Shown piece by piece: positions 49,601 through 59,300 of a stretch of 64,000 nucleotides of DNA; the stretch's first letter is position 1, and every line of letters begins with the position of its first letter. The notes under the pieces are model-generated. The model did not search any database. It was not told where the DNA came from and saw nothing but the letters and a program-made list of their open reading frames with translations. The DNA is taken from positions 1 to 64,000 of the IMG/VR virus record IMGVR_UViG_3300046355_000046; one strand, written 5' to 3'. The DNA comes from a virus. Position numbers and translations under genes: made by a program.

Positions 49601-52600
49601 TGATCTATTAGAAGGATTGAACTACTACTTCTTTACAGAGTTATTCAAACGAGGAAATAATATAGATAGCATCTTAGGAAGTTTAGACAAGAAACAGTCT
49701 AATGCTTTATTAAATAATTTATGGAATAAATCTGTAGAGCAAGTATCTAATAACTTGTCTTTGATTAGTCCAAAGATTAACTCTACACTTAATGCTAACA
49801 TAGATGAGTTCTACAGAGAATTCAAAAAGAACTTAGACCGTTATGGTGTAATCTTCTCTGAAATAGAAGAAGATGAGAACAACGTTACAGATACTTTAGG
49901 TATCAGAGACGCTATTACAATTGACCCTAGAAGCATGACGTCTACAAACGTTATGTTATTACTTACTTCTTTACCACAGACTACTGTAACAAGAGGTAAA
50001 ACTGTCCTTGTAAAGAACGATCTTAACCAACCACGTTTAGCTAATACAGATAGAGTACATACAACCCTACTTAACGAACTTAGTAATGTAGTGAGTATTG
50101 TAGATAAAGACGGTGTTCGTAAAAATACTTTAGATCTAATGATGGAAAAATTAGATAAGAAGTACAAAACTGCAGACAATAACTACCGTGAAAACTATGG
50201 CTGGGTACGTAACTTAAAGCTACGTCTTAAATATGAGAACAACTTAGGAATTAAAACACCTGCTTCTACATTAAATAAAGAAGACGTTTTATTAAGAGTT
50301 TCATTTACTAAGAGTTTTAGCAATGCTAGATTCTCTCCAGAGAAACTTATTGTTTCTGATGAGGGATACATCTACAACACTAATCCGCTTATTAATGTAA
50401 ATGAGGATAGAATCCGTAATGAGTGGGCTAATAACTTAAAGGTAGCTGTTCAGAACAAACAGACTAACTTAGTTAAGATTGATAGCTCTGGTCGTATGAT
50501 GATCAATAGAAAGTCTGATGACTATATTGATCTAATGGATGAAGCTAAAGCTAGAAGTACATATGACTTGGCTACAGCTTTAAATGCACTAAGTATATTA
50601 GGTATTGAGTTTACTGCTACCTTAAATGAACTAGCACAGTTTGAGAACAGTATTCGTGAGCAAACTCTTCAGATTCTAGACGTAATGAAGTCAGGAGAAA
50701 TAGATGATATTGCTGATCTATTTGGTAGAAACGTAGTAGGTGGTAGAATTAACACACTTATTGCTATTGAATCTAAGTATAGCAGTGAAGATAATATCTT
50801 AAGTTACAATAATGCAGAAGGTCAGCAACAGTTTAGTGTTGGCCAACCGTCATTGTTAAGTAACATGATTAACATTTTGAATACAGTTAACTCACAAGAG
50901 GAGCTTATTCAGACTGCACCATGGTTAGGATTTATTGATGAGGAAGGTGAAGTAGTATTCAATGCTTACCAAACTAACTCAGAGCTTTTAAGAAAAGGCG
51001 GACGTTTGTTTGATATCAACGGAAAGCGTAAGAATAATACAGAAATTAGCTATCATGTTATTTCTGGTTTAGGTATTACGGAAGTTGATGGTAATAACAC
51101 AGCCAAACTTCAGTTCCCTGAGCGTGTAGCTAACAAGATTCACTTTTTGTTAAATAATGTTGTGTTCTCTAACATCAACTCAGATAAGAGTACAGAATAT
51201 GGTATTGGAATTCCTGGTAAGCTTATGGTAAGCAGAAGGGATATTCAGAAAATGATGACTACAGAAGACAAGAGTATTGTGGACATGTACGTAAATCATT
51301 TATATGATGAGATGTATGCTGCTACTATACAAGCTGATAGTCCAGTAGATATTCAATACTACCGTGATGGTGTATTTAACTTAGGTCACTTCAGAGATAT
51401 CATTGGTAAAGACATGATTGCTAAGTTCAATCAAGATGTCATTACTAACGAGATGGACTTTGAAGAGTTTATTGAAGAGAATAGAGAGTTAATTGAAGAT
51501 AAGATTACTACTTACATCAACAATAAGATTGAAGATACAGTTGCTTTCTTAAAAGACTTAGACTTGTTCATCAAGCCTGATACCTTTAAGAGTGACTTAT
51601 ATATTACAGATGCTATTGATAATGATGGCTTAGATGAAATGTTAGGTATCAAAGATACTCAAACATTAAACTACAGAACTGGAGGATATGATTCTGAGTT
51701 AAAGAGTCGTAGTGGATATACAGAAGATAATATCAGAACCATTGCTGCTATTCTTTCTTTAAACGAAGAATTACTTTTAACAGAGCAGCATAAGTTGATC
51801 TACGGTCACCCTGCCTTATATAAAGACTTACCTAAGCGTGCTAATGGTGCTACTTCTACTAAAGAAGCTTTTGTAGAAGATAGTGATGTTGTTGCTTGGA
51901 TGGATAATAACATGGTACGTAATGATGGCAAACTTCGTTCAGAAGAGACACATCAGACTATCAAGAACATATCATTTAAAGACATGGATGTAGTAAGTGC
52001 ATTCTATAATGATATTGCAGAAAGTACATATGCTGAAATGATTGCTTCTGGTATTACTAAAGAAATAGCAGAGAAAAAGATTGGTGCAAGATTTAATGAG
52101 CAAGGTCAGATCTCTGGATTGATTTTAAACAAGAAGAAAGAGTTTACAGGTATGATTAAAGCATACATGAACTTAAATGAAGCTGATGCCATGGCTATGG
52201 GTTTACCAGACGTAATTAGAGATATTCTATTTATGAGTGGTAAGTTTACTAGTCAACGTGAAGCTCAATGGGATTATGAGATTGCTTATGAGACTTTAGT
52301 TCGTTCTGGAGCTATGCCAAATGCTAAAGGTGAGACTATTAAAAAGTCAGATCCTCGTTATAAGTCTGCTAACAAAGCTCAAATAGAAGCTGCTAAAGAA
52401 ACATTTGATAAAGGAAATCCAGGGTATGTATTTGAGGTATTAAAGCCACAGTACTTTGGATATGCTCAGACAGATAATGTAACTCATCCAGTATTCTTGA
52501 AGCATGCTTTACAACCTAAGTTCTATCGTCACGTAGAAGGTAATCAGTTTGAGAAGCTTTACATAGCTGCTCAGAAAGATAAAGTAGATGTAATTGGTTT

Positions 52601-55600
52601 TGAGTCAGGTGAAAAAGTGGGTAACGTAACTACTACGGATGGAAACTTCTTACCAATCTATAATGAGGCTGGAGAGATTAATGTTGTAACATCAAACAAA
52701 GGATATGAGTTACCAACTGAATTGCCACGTCAGAGTCTATACAGTAGATTCTACGGAATTCAAGTTGAGCAATCTAGTAAGCCTAAAAAGTTCGTTGTAA
52801 AAGGAACTCAAATTACTAAACAAGTAATGAGTAACTTCTATGAGAATGGTGCTCCTGTTAATCCAACTATTGGCGGTCTTATCCAAGAGTATAACGAGAC
52901 TATTCGTGAGATGATGAGACTTGGTAAAGAAGAGCTTCTTAAAGAACTTGGTCTTGAGAAAAAAGGTGACTTCCAGTATGAAGCTAAAGATATCTCTAGA
53001 TTAGTTAAGATCTTAAGAAGAGAAGCTGAGAGCAGAGACTTACCAGATAACATGATTAATGCTATCAACTACATTGTAAATGAAGATGATACACAATCAT
53101 TAGAGTATGAGTTTGATACTTTAATCAACCGTGATAAGATAGATAATATTCTTAACTCAATTGTGGACAGCAGAATTATCTCTCAGAAAATGAGTGGTAA
53201 GTCTTCACCGCAAGTTGCTAGCACTACATATGAAGCTGCTCCAAGAAACTATGTTTATCTTAAAGATGGTATTTACAAGACACTTACTAAGTCAGAACTT
53301 AAAGGATTAACAGAAGAAGAGAAAGCGTCTATTCGTATGCAGTCTTCAGATCTTAAGTTTTACCACTCTAAAGATGGTAAGATTCAAGGTGTAGAGATGT
53401 ATATTACATGGCCCTTCACTGAGGTTACTCCAGAAGAGTTAGGATTAAAATTAGTAAATGGTATTTACTTAATGCCGGAAGGTGGTATCAAAGGTATTGA
53501 TAATGAGTTACTTAAGGCTATTGGTTTCCGTATTCCTACACAAGGTATGAACTCAATTGAGAGTATTATCATTAAAGGATTTACTCCTATTACTAATGGT
53601 GATATGATTGTAGTTCCTTCTGAGATTGTTGGTAAAGCTGGATCTGACTTTGATATAGATAAGCTTAATATCTATTTAGGTAATTACTTTGTAGATATTC
53701 TTGGTAAGGATTACTCTGGTAAAGACTTTAGAGACTTCATGATTAATGACATGATCTCTTCTGGAGCTGATCAAATATATGCAGATAACGTAATGAACGT
53801 TATTACATCTGAGCAGTTCAAGCAGATTAATGAATCTACATATACAGATAGAGGTAAGATTGTTAAAGGAGCTAAGACTAGCTTAAGTGACATTAGTGCA
53901 TCTAAAGAAACACAAGAAGACTTAGCATTTATTAAGGCTAGTCTTTCTAGATATAATGCTTCTGTAAAAGGACAAAAGGTTATCCGTTATATCAAGCCTA
54001 CACTTGGTACTAAAGAAAGCTTACAGAATAAGTTAATCAACATAATGTCTGAACTTATTCTTAGACCAGAGAACTATGCTCAGCTTGTAGCTCCAAATAC
54101 AACAGATACTCTTAAGGATCTTGCAGAAGAGATTAAAGGATGGAAAGTTGATGCTGGTACTAAACAACTAGAAGATGAGAAGTCTCCTACATACTTAAGA
54201 ACATTTATTGGATCTAATAGTATCCGTGAGCGTTACTTAACAGCTAAAAGAATGGTAGGTATTGCAGCGGTACACTCTACGTTCCATGTAATGGCTCAAG
54301 TTAGTGGTCTTAAACTAAATAATAGATATAGTTCTAAGAGCATCTATTACTTAAACGCTAAAGGAGAAGATACTAAAACAGTAAACATCAAGCTTACTCA
54401 CCACGGTAGAGATGAGAATGGTCTATACTCAATTGGGCATAGACTAGACAAAGCAGGTGCATTTATTAGTGAACTTATCTCACAAGCATTATCTGGTTTT
54501 GTGGACGGTGCTAAAGATCCATTTGTATTTGACTTAAACTTTTCATTAAATACAGCTAGTACTTGGTTCTATTTACAACATCATGGTGTACCAGTAGATG
54601 AGATAGCTTACTTCTTTAATCAACCTATCTTAGATAGCTTGTTCAAAGAAACATCTAAGAATAGATCTTCATTCAAAGTGATTAACGGTGAGAACCTTAC
54701 TAGAAAAGAATTATTCTATAAAGTTATCGCACCTTACTATAACAAAGTAGTAGGTGGTGATTTAGAAGCTATGCTTGCTGGAGCAGCACAATCATCTAAG
54801 GCTCAAGAAGATGCGTTACAAAAACTTATCTTAGCTGAGCTTAATGAGATTAGAGATAGCCTTGAAACATTTGATAGTAAAGAATTAATTAAAGCTATCA
54901 AAGATGGTAGTAATGCTGATGCAAGATTACAGATTGCTGTAATAATGGATTATGTAGAGTATGAAGCTCAGGCTAGATTGATGTCTAACTTCATGCAGGC
55001 TATTGGATATGATACTAATAAGACCAAAACTGTACAAGAAAACATGTTACAAATTGGTCGTTGGGAAAGATCTAAACAAGAGAACTTTGTTAATAATCCG
55101 GATTCTATTCTAGAAAGTACTTTCTTAGGAGAGATGAAAGATCAAAAAGAAGATATCTTTAGCATGTTTAGAAACTTCTTTATTACATTATCTCCTGAGA
55201 TCCAAGAAGTGTTCCAGCCATTGTATGATAAGATAGATAATCCAGAGTTCTTTATTATGAAGGATGATGCTATCAACTTAATTAATAGATACCAAAACTT
55301 TGTAATTGCTTACTTACTTCATACTACACCGTATATGAATACTGAAGGAAAGCAAGAAACATTAAATACTTTATATCAAGACTTGTTTACTGGAGAGAAT
55401 TCTTTTGCTGGTACATTATACAAGTATAAGAATTCAGAAGATCCAAATATCTCTGACAACTTGATTATCAAGGAGTTAGTACCGTTGATGACAGATGATG
55501 CTACTAAGACAGATAATATCATGTTGTTCAGAAATAAGATAGATACTTTCCAGATAAATAATGTCATAGAAGCTTATAACAACTTAAGAAGTTATGGTGA

Positions 55601-56381
55601 GAAAACAGCTGATGATAAGCTAGTAAAATTTGCTGATGACCTAGCTAAATTTAGTATATTGCAGTCAGGTTTACAAAGTAGTTTCATTGACTATAAAAAG
55701 GTATTAAGTACTGAGATTTACTCTGAGCTTGTAAAAACAATCTTAGATAGATTTAAATTAGACCCATCTATATCAGTAGATCAAGTATGGAAATCTTTCC
55801 ATCAGAACAACTGGTATAATAGATCAATTGTAACTAAAGCACCAGCTTGGTTAAGAATTAAGAGTGGTCAGTTGGCAATTAGTCCATTAAGTTCTGTTAT
55901 TGTTAATGACTATTTGATCAAGTATGTACGTAATCCTAAGATCAGTAAAGAGGAATTAAAAAAGATGAAGAAAGATAAGACATTGGCTCAAGCTTTCCAA
56001 CCTGTATTATTCCAAAAGACTGAACAAAAAGATAAGAAAGGAAAGATTATATACATGCCTATTGGTAAAGCTGGAAACAGAAACCGTATGCTTGAGATCT
56101 ATAAAGATGATCAAGAGTCTATTTTACCAGGTAATGTAATGCAGATAGAAACACAAGATGCCTTAACTGCAGCTGAAGGATATGTATCTGCTGAAGACTT
56201 GATGAGACAACCAGGGTTTATTAAAGCCATGGGTGAGTTAGCAGGTGAAAAGACTCAGAATAACGGTCTAAAAGCTCTAGCTGAGAATGCCTTAAAAAGC
56301 TTGAATGAAAGTAAGGAAGTAGATGATACTATCTCTAAAAAAGAGGATGAATCTGTTAAATGTAATAAAAAAGGTAAATAA
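43653..56381 (+). CDS. Giant virion-packaged RNA polymerase (crAss-like double-psi-barrel vRNAP) with N-terminal hydrophobic region and zincin-like domain (4242 aa)
   Basis: IGFRIPTQ (RIPTQ at 53529-53543) followed by VPSEIVGKAGSDFDIDKL (DFDID at 53646-53660), the catalytic motif of phi14:2 gp66-type RNAPs; also FESGEKVG and VDGAKDP motifs; HEAFE at 49179. Confidence 0.9.
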   Translation: MAENLFEQDYLSNLPENAIEGVPSTEEMPVYDTPVEAPSSIDQPEQQIATGQEPPRSKYKSYDEALNAINVEANRVFPLANESWIDPRVVPSETAKKYRGTKYGYIYGIDNDNFYGEQEGGFATFGKGIARLGLGILTKTGEGIGYIGGLLDSDNWDADIITKASDNGFSEIFRNIDDKAKNDWLPTYQEAADRNKGFWSKAFTDGDFWMTDAVDGLAFLASAWIPGLALSKLQLGANLARLASGMRVGLGAAEAAIEGAGAAVNYTKSAANAFSKLDKFNAWALATSSESMYEAKAVKDKVMDSLSYDEFGRTRYKEDGTPYTDEEKKRISGAAAQNTFIMNAGLLAATNAIELKWLGQAFGKAPGVAGAVTGAAQFGESMGVRTATSGIERFLNSKKGAFISGIGQGVLAEGYVEENGQLAIQRINEAYGTSGRMADLSNTSEVFKQYFKQTGDALMGKDTEASISIGIGGILGGIGAGVGGVRQFGRDQAATQAAVEMYNAAQENWLKFGNIYKTKLVDSTDAEGNPVKVEKVVYDDNNQPVLDEKRIAAVTSSFRAVNSALEESTKVDDKFKKDALRDTAFAQFVIAHINAGVEGTIDQKLDAVRKSDPEQIAKLGFVLGEDIDTQINRYKGLAASIIKQNKLMNADIMYDGTQDDVARKNKMVNMAAEQAAYKTILNDLLTEVTEVKNDLLSTENSSLSDGIVEQLNEYQYRIKSQEEVIAAMQKKGFVTNLETVAQEVLDGLKKSFDKLQKDNETTIATLEKDDNGFYKYEKEDRNQPGVSDNLNKKIKLKGELQNHIKGIGLEWAKYADTINGKENFLQSLSDEMLSVVDSQLKAEAAKPKPPVAIAPTQSKLSVTYKTEDDVEITTEFVTGDIYNLTDTNSGEVTKLEVMAVNEEDSSVTIKINDGDPAVIDAEELATTLANEGWTKQAVKKTRKKAVKKDVDEDGQEETEELEDNETVTTFSKTNKLPKFEEVGFNKTFGRQYLDEEDTVPNEENGTDRFFKFTAKFNLARRGYALQVITSENDTFGIRDTEFNANDIKVVVVKKQPQADGSVKYAYVNVDNELIPEGEQTKDNIIYRSLAGIDSWTVERVRREYTVDSETTDEEIQEAIDAEKAYQKTLLDNTKDGGNVYLDVVTAMPGIQRIEYTSAVGEDGKRQLSKAEVEGRVITNNPDFTDLRSVSNPDVNIGLRVSTGRGVVMAGVQAGRVVMQEYTMENGKKIYGDKVIRVFNRDLTDIEKDNLIKAFVRLSELYVQKYGYNAASGKKKIKPLSTADQAEMSIIEDYLKHILNWSRPVKGKVSDKYFWVQSGLHRGNLVIPFTKEEILKNRDKLVRGVTHHVNNKALQDNDSFTTIKFVKGKAVLDKSYDTYEEYLLAKREDGTTPPVYSSLPLYDSNTPQRTQVQIIWKDPSLVEPEAEEEVKASKKKPIAKIKGSSELMDDKIDEFLNGERTKIEVNGVTVSYEMEGGGIIIKVQKEKNIKKSKPFASQKEIADNRSEILKSITQATGYIYGANRGLKQLIAQVTQKAAEAKVTKAPTTSVTPQVADRDTETDNDLRFKNIVRSIFEIKEGNMVRPDYLKPENIEMYEDSDVAGYILKININDIDYVAIMPEMQDLRFDSIERLQQFDNSGLKKVSDETKNNILNGYTDIFDLELVDIVTKRFGKENADFVLDYLTKNKDAKQKLTLLEKGATTSVSAQDGPFFSVEEAVANAVPENGKLSAVVSQMNVKTKEVVKLAEATIAIPSGNINAAKALLTKALIAQLDIDSEEPPFRLDIGEMEATEDFGKLTKFMKEVLPMFPVKKVGHLIHGKGLGAFMRGALHIYENATIGTGFHEAFEAVWASFLTQDEKLDLANEFKAREGSFYNKFTKETKPYSEASMYDVREMLAEEFRDYILLDRSTGNKIANFFKNLWKAIQALFNITPKEKAEMNSIINDLFKKIGTGGFKNARFIKDRLASGIAYKAVADLTQKDTADLLEGLNYYFFTELFKRGNNIDSILGSLDKKQSNALLNNLWNKSVEQVSNNLSLISPKINSTLNANIDEFYREFKKNLDRYGVIFSEIEEDENNVTDTLGIRDAITIDPRSMTSTNVMLLLTSLPQTTVTRGKTVLVKNDLNQPRLANTDRVHTTLLNELSNVVSIVDKDGVRKNTLDLMMEKLDKKYKTADNNYRENYGWVRNLKLRLKYENNLGIKTPASTLNKEDVLLRVSFTKSFSNARFSPEKLIVSDEGYIYNTNPLINVNEDRIRNEWANNLKVAVQNKQTNLVKIDSSGRMMINRKSDDYIDLMDEAKARSTYDLATALNALSILGIEFTATLNELAQFENSIREQTLQILDVMKSGEIDDIADLFGRNVVGGRINTLIAIESKYSSEDNILSYNNAEGQQQFSVGQPSLLSNMINILNTVNSQEELIQTAPWLGFIDEEGEVVFNAYQTNSELLRKGGRLFDINGKRKNNTEISYHVISGLGITEVDGNNTAKLQFPERVANKIHFLLNNVVFSNINSDKSTEYGIGIPGKLMVSRRDIQKMMTTEDKSIVDMYVNHLYDEMYAATIQADSPVDIQYYRDGVFNLGHFRDIIGKDMIAKFNQDVITNEMDFEEFIEENRELIEDKITTYINNKIEDTVAFLKDLDLFIKPDTFKSDLYITDAIDNDGLDEMLGIKDTQTLNYRTGGYDSELKSRSGYTEDNIRTIAAILSLNEELLLTEQHKLIYGHPALYKDLPKRANGATSTKEAFVEDSDVVAWMDNNMVRNDGKLRSEETHQTIKNISFKDMDVVSAFYNDIAESTYAEMIASGITKEIAEKKIGARFNEQGQISGLILNKKKEFTGMIKAYMNLNEADAMAMGLPDVIRDILFMSGKFTSQREAQWDYEIAYETLVRSGAMPNAKGETIKKSDPRYKSANKAQIEAAKETFDKGNPGYVFEVLKPQYFGYAQTDNVTHPVFLKHALQPKFYRHVEGNQFEKLYIAAQKDKVDVIGFESGEKVGNVTTTDGNFLPIYNEAGEINVVTSNKGYELPTELPRQSLYSRFYGIQVEQSSKPKKFVVKGTQITKQVMSNFYENGAPVNPTIGGLIQEYNETIREMMRLGKEELLKELGLEKKGDFQYEAKDISRLVKILRREAESRDLPDNMINAINYIVNEDDTQSLEYEFDTLINRDKIDNILNSIVDSRIISQKMSGKSSPQVASTTYEAAPRNYVYLKDGIYKTLTKSELKGLTEEEKASIRMQSSDLKFYHSKDGKIQGVEMYITWPFTEVTPEELGLKLVNGIYLMPEGGIKGIDNELLKAIGFRIPTQGMNSIESIIIKGFTPITNGDMIVVPSEIVGKAGSDFDIDKLNIYLGNYFVDILGKDYSGKDFRDFMINDMISSGADQIYADNVMNVITSEQFKQINESTYTDRGKIVKGAKTSLSDISASKETQEDLAFIKASLSRYNASVKGQKVIRYIKPTLGTKESLQNKLINIMSELILRPENYAQLVAPNTTDTLKDLAEEIKGWKVDAGTKQLEDEKSPTYLRTFIGSNSIRERYLTAKRMVGIAAVHSTFHVMAQVSGLKLNNRYSSKSIYYLNAKGEDTKTVNIKLTHHGRDENGLYSIGHRLDKAGAFISELISQALSGFVDGAKDPFVFDLNFSLNTASTWFYLQHHGVPVDEIAYFFNQPILDSLFKETSKNRSSFKVINGENLTRKELFYKVIAPYYNKVVGGDLEAMLAGAAQSSKAQEDALQKLILAELNEIRDSLETFDSKELIKAIKDGSNADARLQIAVIMDYVEYEAQARLMSNFMQAIGYDTNKTKTVQENMLQIGRWERSKQENFVNNPDSILESTFLGEMKDQKEDIFSMFRNFFITLSPEIQEVFQPLYDKIDNPEFFIMKDDAINLINRYQNFVIAYLLHTTPYMNTEGKQETLNTLYQDLFTGENSFAGTLYKYKNSEDPNISDNLIIKELVPLMTDDATKTDNIMLFRNKIDTFQINNVIEAYNNLRSYGEKTADDKLVKFADDLAKFSILQSGLQSSFIDYKKVLSTEIYSELVKTILDRFKLDPSISVDQVWKSFHQNNWYNRSIVTKAPAWLRIKSGQLAISPLSSVIVNDYLIKYVRNPKISKEELKKMKKDKTLAQAFQPVLFQKTEQKDKKGKIIYMPIGKAGNRNRMLEIYKDDQESILPGNVMQIETQDALTAAEGYVSAEDLMRQPGFIKAMGELAGEKTQNNGLKALAENALKSLNESKEVDDTISKKEDESVKCNKKGK

Positions 56382-56383
56382 CT

Positions 56384-59300
56384 ATGGGTTGTAGTATAAT
56401 TCGTAATCCTGAGACTAAACAAATAGAAAGAGTATTAGCTCCTAATGGAAAAGAGTCTAGACTCTATGAAGATATTCTTTCTATTATAGGATCTAAAGCT
56501 AAAGAGGATGCTCTTAAGCTTTGGGCACAAGTGTATACCACTAAGTTTAAAGACTGGTTTGGTGATTGGGAAAGACTTGAGCGTATTAGACGTGAAGACC
56601 CGGGTATGGATGCCGGTACATTTGAGACTGTTAATGCGTTTGTATCTAAAGATATAGATGAAAACGGTGAACCTAAAATCTTAAATGGTTTATTTACTGA
56701 TAGAAATGGTAATGTAAGAATGTTCTATAATGCTTTAGAAACAAATGAAGCTCAGTTAAATGAAGACTATTTGTTTAATACTCCATTTACTACAGAGATT
56801 CGTGAGCTTGAAGAAGACTCAGAAGCTTTCTTTAGACGTAATCGTGAGCTTGCATCTATTGGTAGCCCTCAACAATATTCAGAGTATCTTAATACTGTGT
56901 TTCCTGGTAGTAGGATAAAGAGTATTGTATATCATGGTACTTTCTTAAAAGACTTAATTAAAGACGGATTCAAAGGATACGTTACTTACTTTAGTACTTC
57001 TAAGAAATACTCAGATCAATTCAGCTTTGGTAAAGATGAGAACATAATTAGAGCTGTTGTAAATATTCAAAATCCTTACACCGCTCCATCTGAGATTGCT
57101 GATGTACCAGAGGAAGTACATGATACAGATGCTTTTACTGCTCCTAGAGTAGTGAAATCTAGAAACTCTGGATATGATTCAGTTGTTGGTAAAGATGCTG
57201 GTCAAGAAAAAGGTGACACTATTGCTGTGTTTGAACCACAACAGATTCTTGTACTAGGTTCTAAAGAAGACATTGAAGGTTTTAGAAGATTTGTATCTCC
57301 ATCTTTAACTGCAAAAGATATTGAAGAAGGTACAAGACCAGAGGATGTTAAGAATAAGATTACCAAATTCTTAGAAAAGATTGGTGTAGCTATTCAGTCT
57401 GTAGATGTAATCAGAGATGCTCAAGGTAATATTGTAAAAGATGCAGCTGCTAAAGCTAGCATGTTAAATAAAATCATTCAGGTAGTAGATGGTTTAGAAT
57501 CACTAGATACACTTCCTGAAGAAGCAGCTCACTTTTTTGTAGAGATGTTAGGCCCAGGTCATCCTTTGTACAAAGAGATGGTATCTAAAATTACAGGATA
57601 TAAGGTATATGCACAAACTGTAGAACAGTATAAAAACAAAGCTGCATACCGTAATGCAGATGGTACTATTAATTTTGATAAGATTAAGAAAGAAGCTATT
57701 GGTCAAGTGATAGCTGAACATATTCTTAAGATGCAGACTGGCAATGAGACTCAAGAACGTATGAACTTTTTGATGAATTGGTGGACTAAGCTTTGGGACT
57801 TTGTTAAAGAGATATTTAATAAGTCTGAAGACAATCCATTTGAGACAGCTGCAGAAAATATCTTAGATGGTAATACTGAGTTCTTAGATACAGATATTCA
57901 GTTAGACGAAGAGTATTATCAGTTAGTAGATCCTACTCAAGGATTAAAGATGGATCAGACTAATATTGAATTAGATAATAGTATTGATCCAAGAACTGGT
58001 CAGAAGAGACACATTTATAAATACAAAGGTGAGAATGCTAAAGGGTCGGTTACTTCTACATATGTAGATAGATGGCTTAAGAAGATATTTAGATCTGACC
58101 AAAGATCAGAAAAACAAAAGCTTATTGATTTAAATAAAGCTGAGTTTGGTGATGTAATCCATAAGCAGATTCAGAATATTGTTAATAGCTGGACTTATGA
58201 TGATGGTAGCAAGCGTGATGTACAAGGTCCTATAAATATCATTCTTCCAAACGCAGTGTACACAAGATTGAATACTTACATTCAATCAGTAATGGCTCAG
58301 TATGAACCAGGTACTCAGTTTATGTCTGAGGTTAAAGTGTTTGATCAGAAAGCTAAGATTGGTGGAAGTATTGACTTAGTTGTTATCCAACCTAATGGTG
58401 TTGTAGACATCTATGACTGGAAATCACAAGAGGTGGGTAAGACACAAACTGACTTAAAGACTTACAAAGAAACTATGTATCGTATACAGCTAGAGAACTA
58501 TCGTAAGATCTTACAGCTGCAGTATGGATTCCAGAAGTTTGGAAAACTTCGTGCTATTCCTATGAGAACTAAGTTCACTATAAAGAATGGTCAGATTGAT
58601 ACTATTAAAGAATTAGAGGTTGGTAATATTGACCCTACTTTAATTCCTGATGATAAAAGCTATTTATTACCTGTTACTCTTCGTACAGAAAGTACCGGGG
58701 ACAGTCAAATGGATAGTCTATTAGAGAAACTAAATGGTATCTATGACAAGATTGATAAAACAAGATACACTAAAGAAGAGCTTTATAAGAAACGTGAAGA
58801 GCTAGCTCAGCTTAGAGTTGCTATCAGAGATTTGCAGCTTAAGAATAAAGTAGATCGTTTAGTAGAGTTAGGTCTTTTGGAGTATAAGAAGTATGCTGAA
58901 ATGCTTGATAATAAAACATTAAGCGGTAAAGAACTTCAGGATGCTATTAAGATCTTACAAGTATTTAGTGAATCAGGTGTATTGCTTTATGACTTAAGAG
59001 AACAATACTTTAACGTAGCACAAAACAGTAAAAAGAAAGGTGCTATAGCTGAGTATGAAGATCTTAATAAAAGATTCTTGACTATGACGTCAAGAGTAAC
59101 AAAGCTTATTGCTGACTTAGATATTTATAGAAAAGAACAAGTAGACAACTTGGCTAAGAAGAATGGTATATTTAATATCCTAGATGCTGAAGCACCTCTT
59201 AGTACATATAGAGGTTTACTTAGTGCGTTAAGTAATATACCACAAAGAAGCTTTAGATTATTCTCTAAGATATTACGTGTAGTTCAGAATAACAGAGATG

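Noticed and set aside
43653-56381. Intein or intron in the RNAP gene
   Set aside because: The ORF is uninterrupted; no Cys-initiated intein or LAGLIDADG/HNH motifs were recognised.
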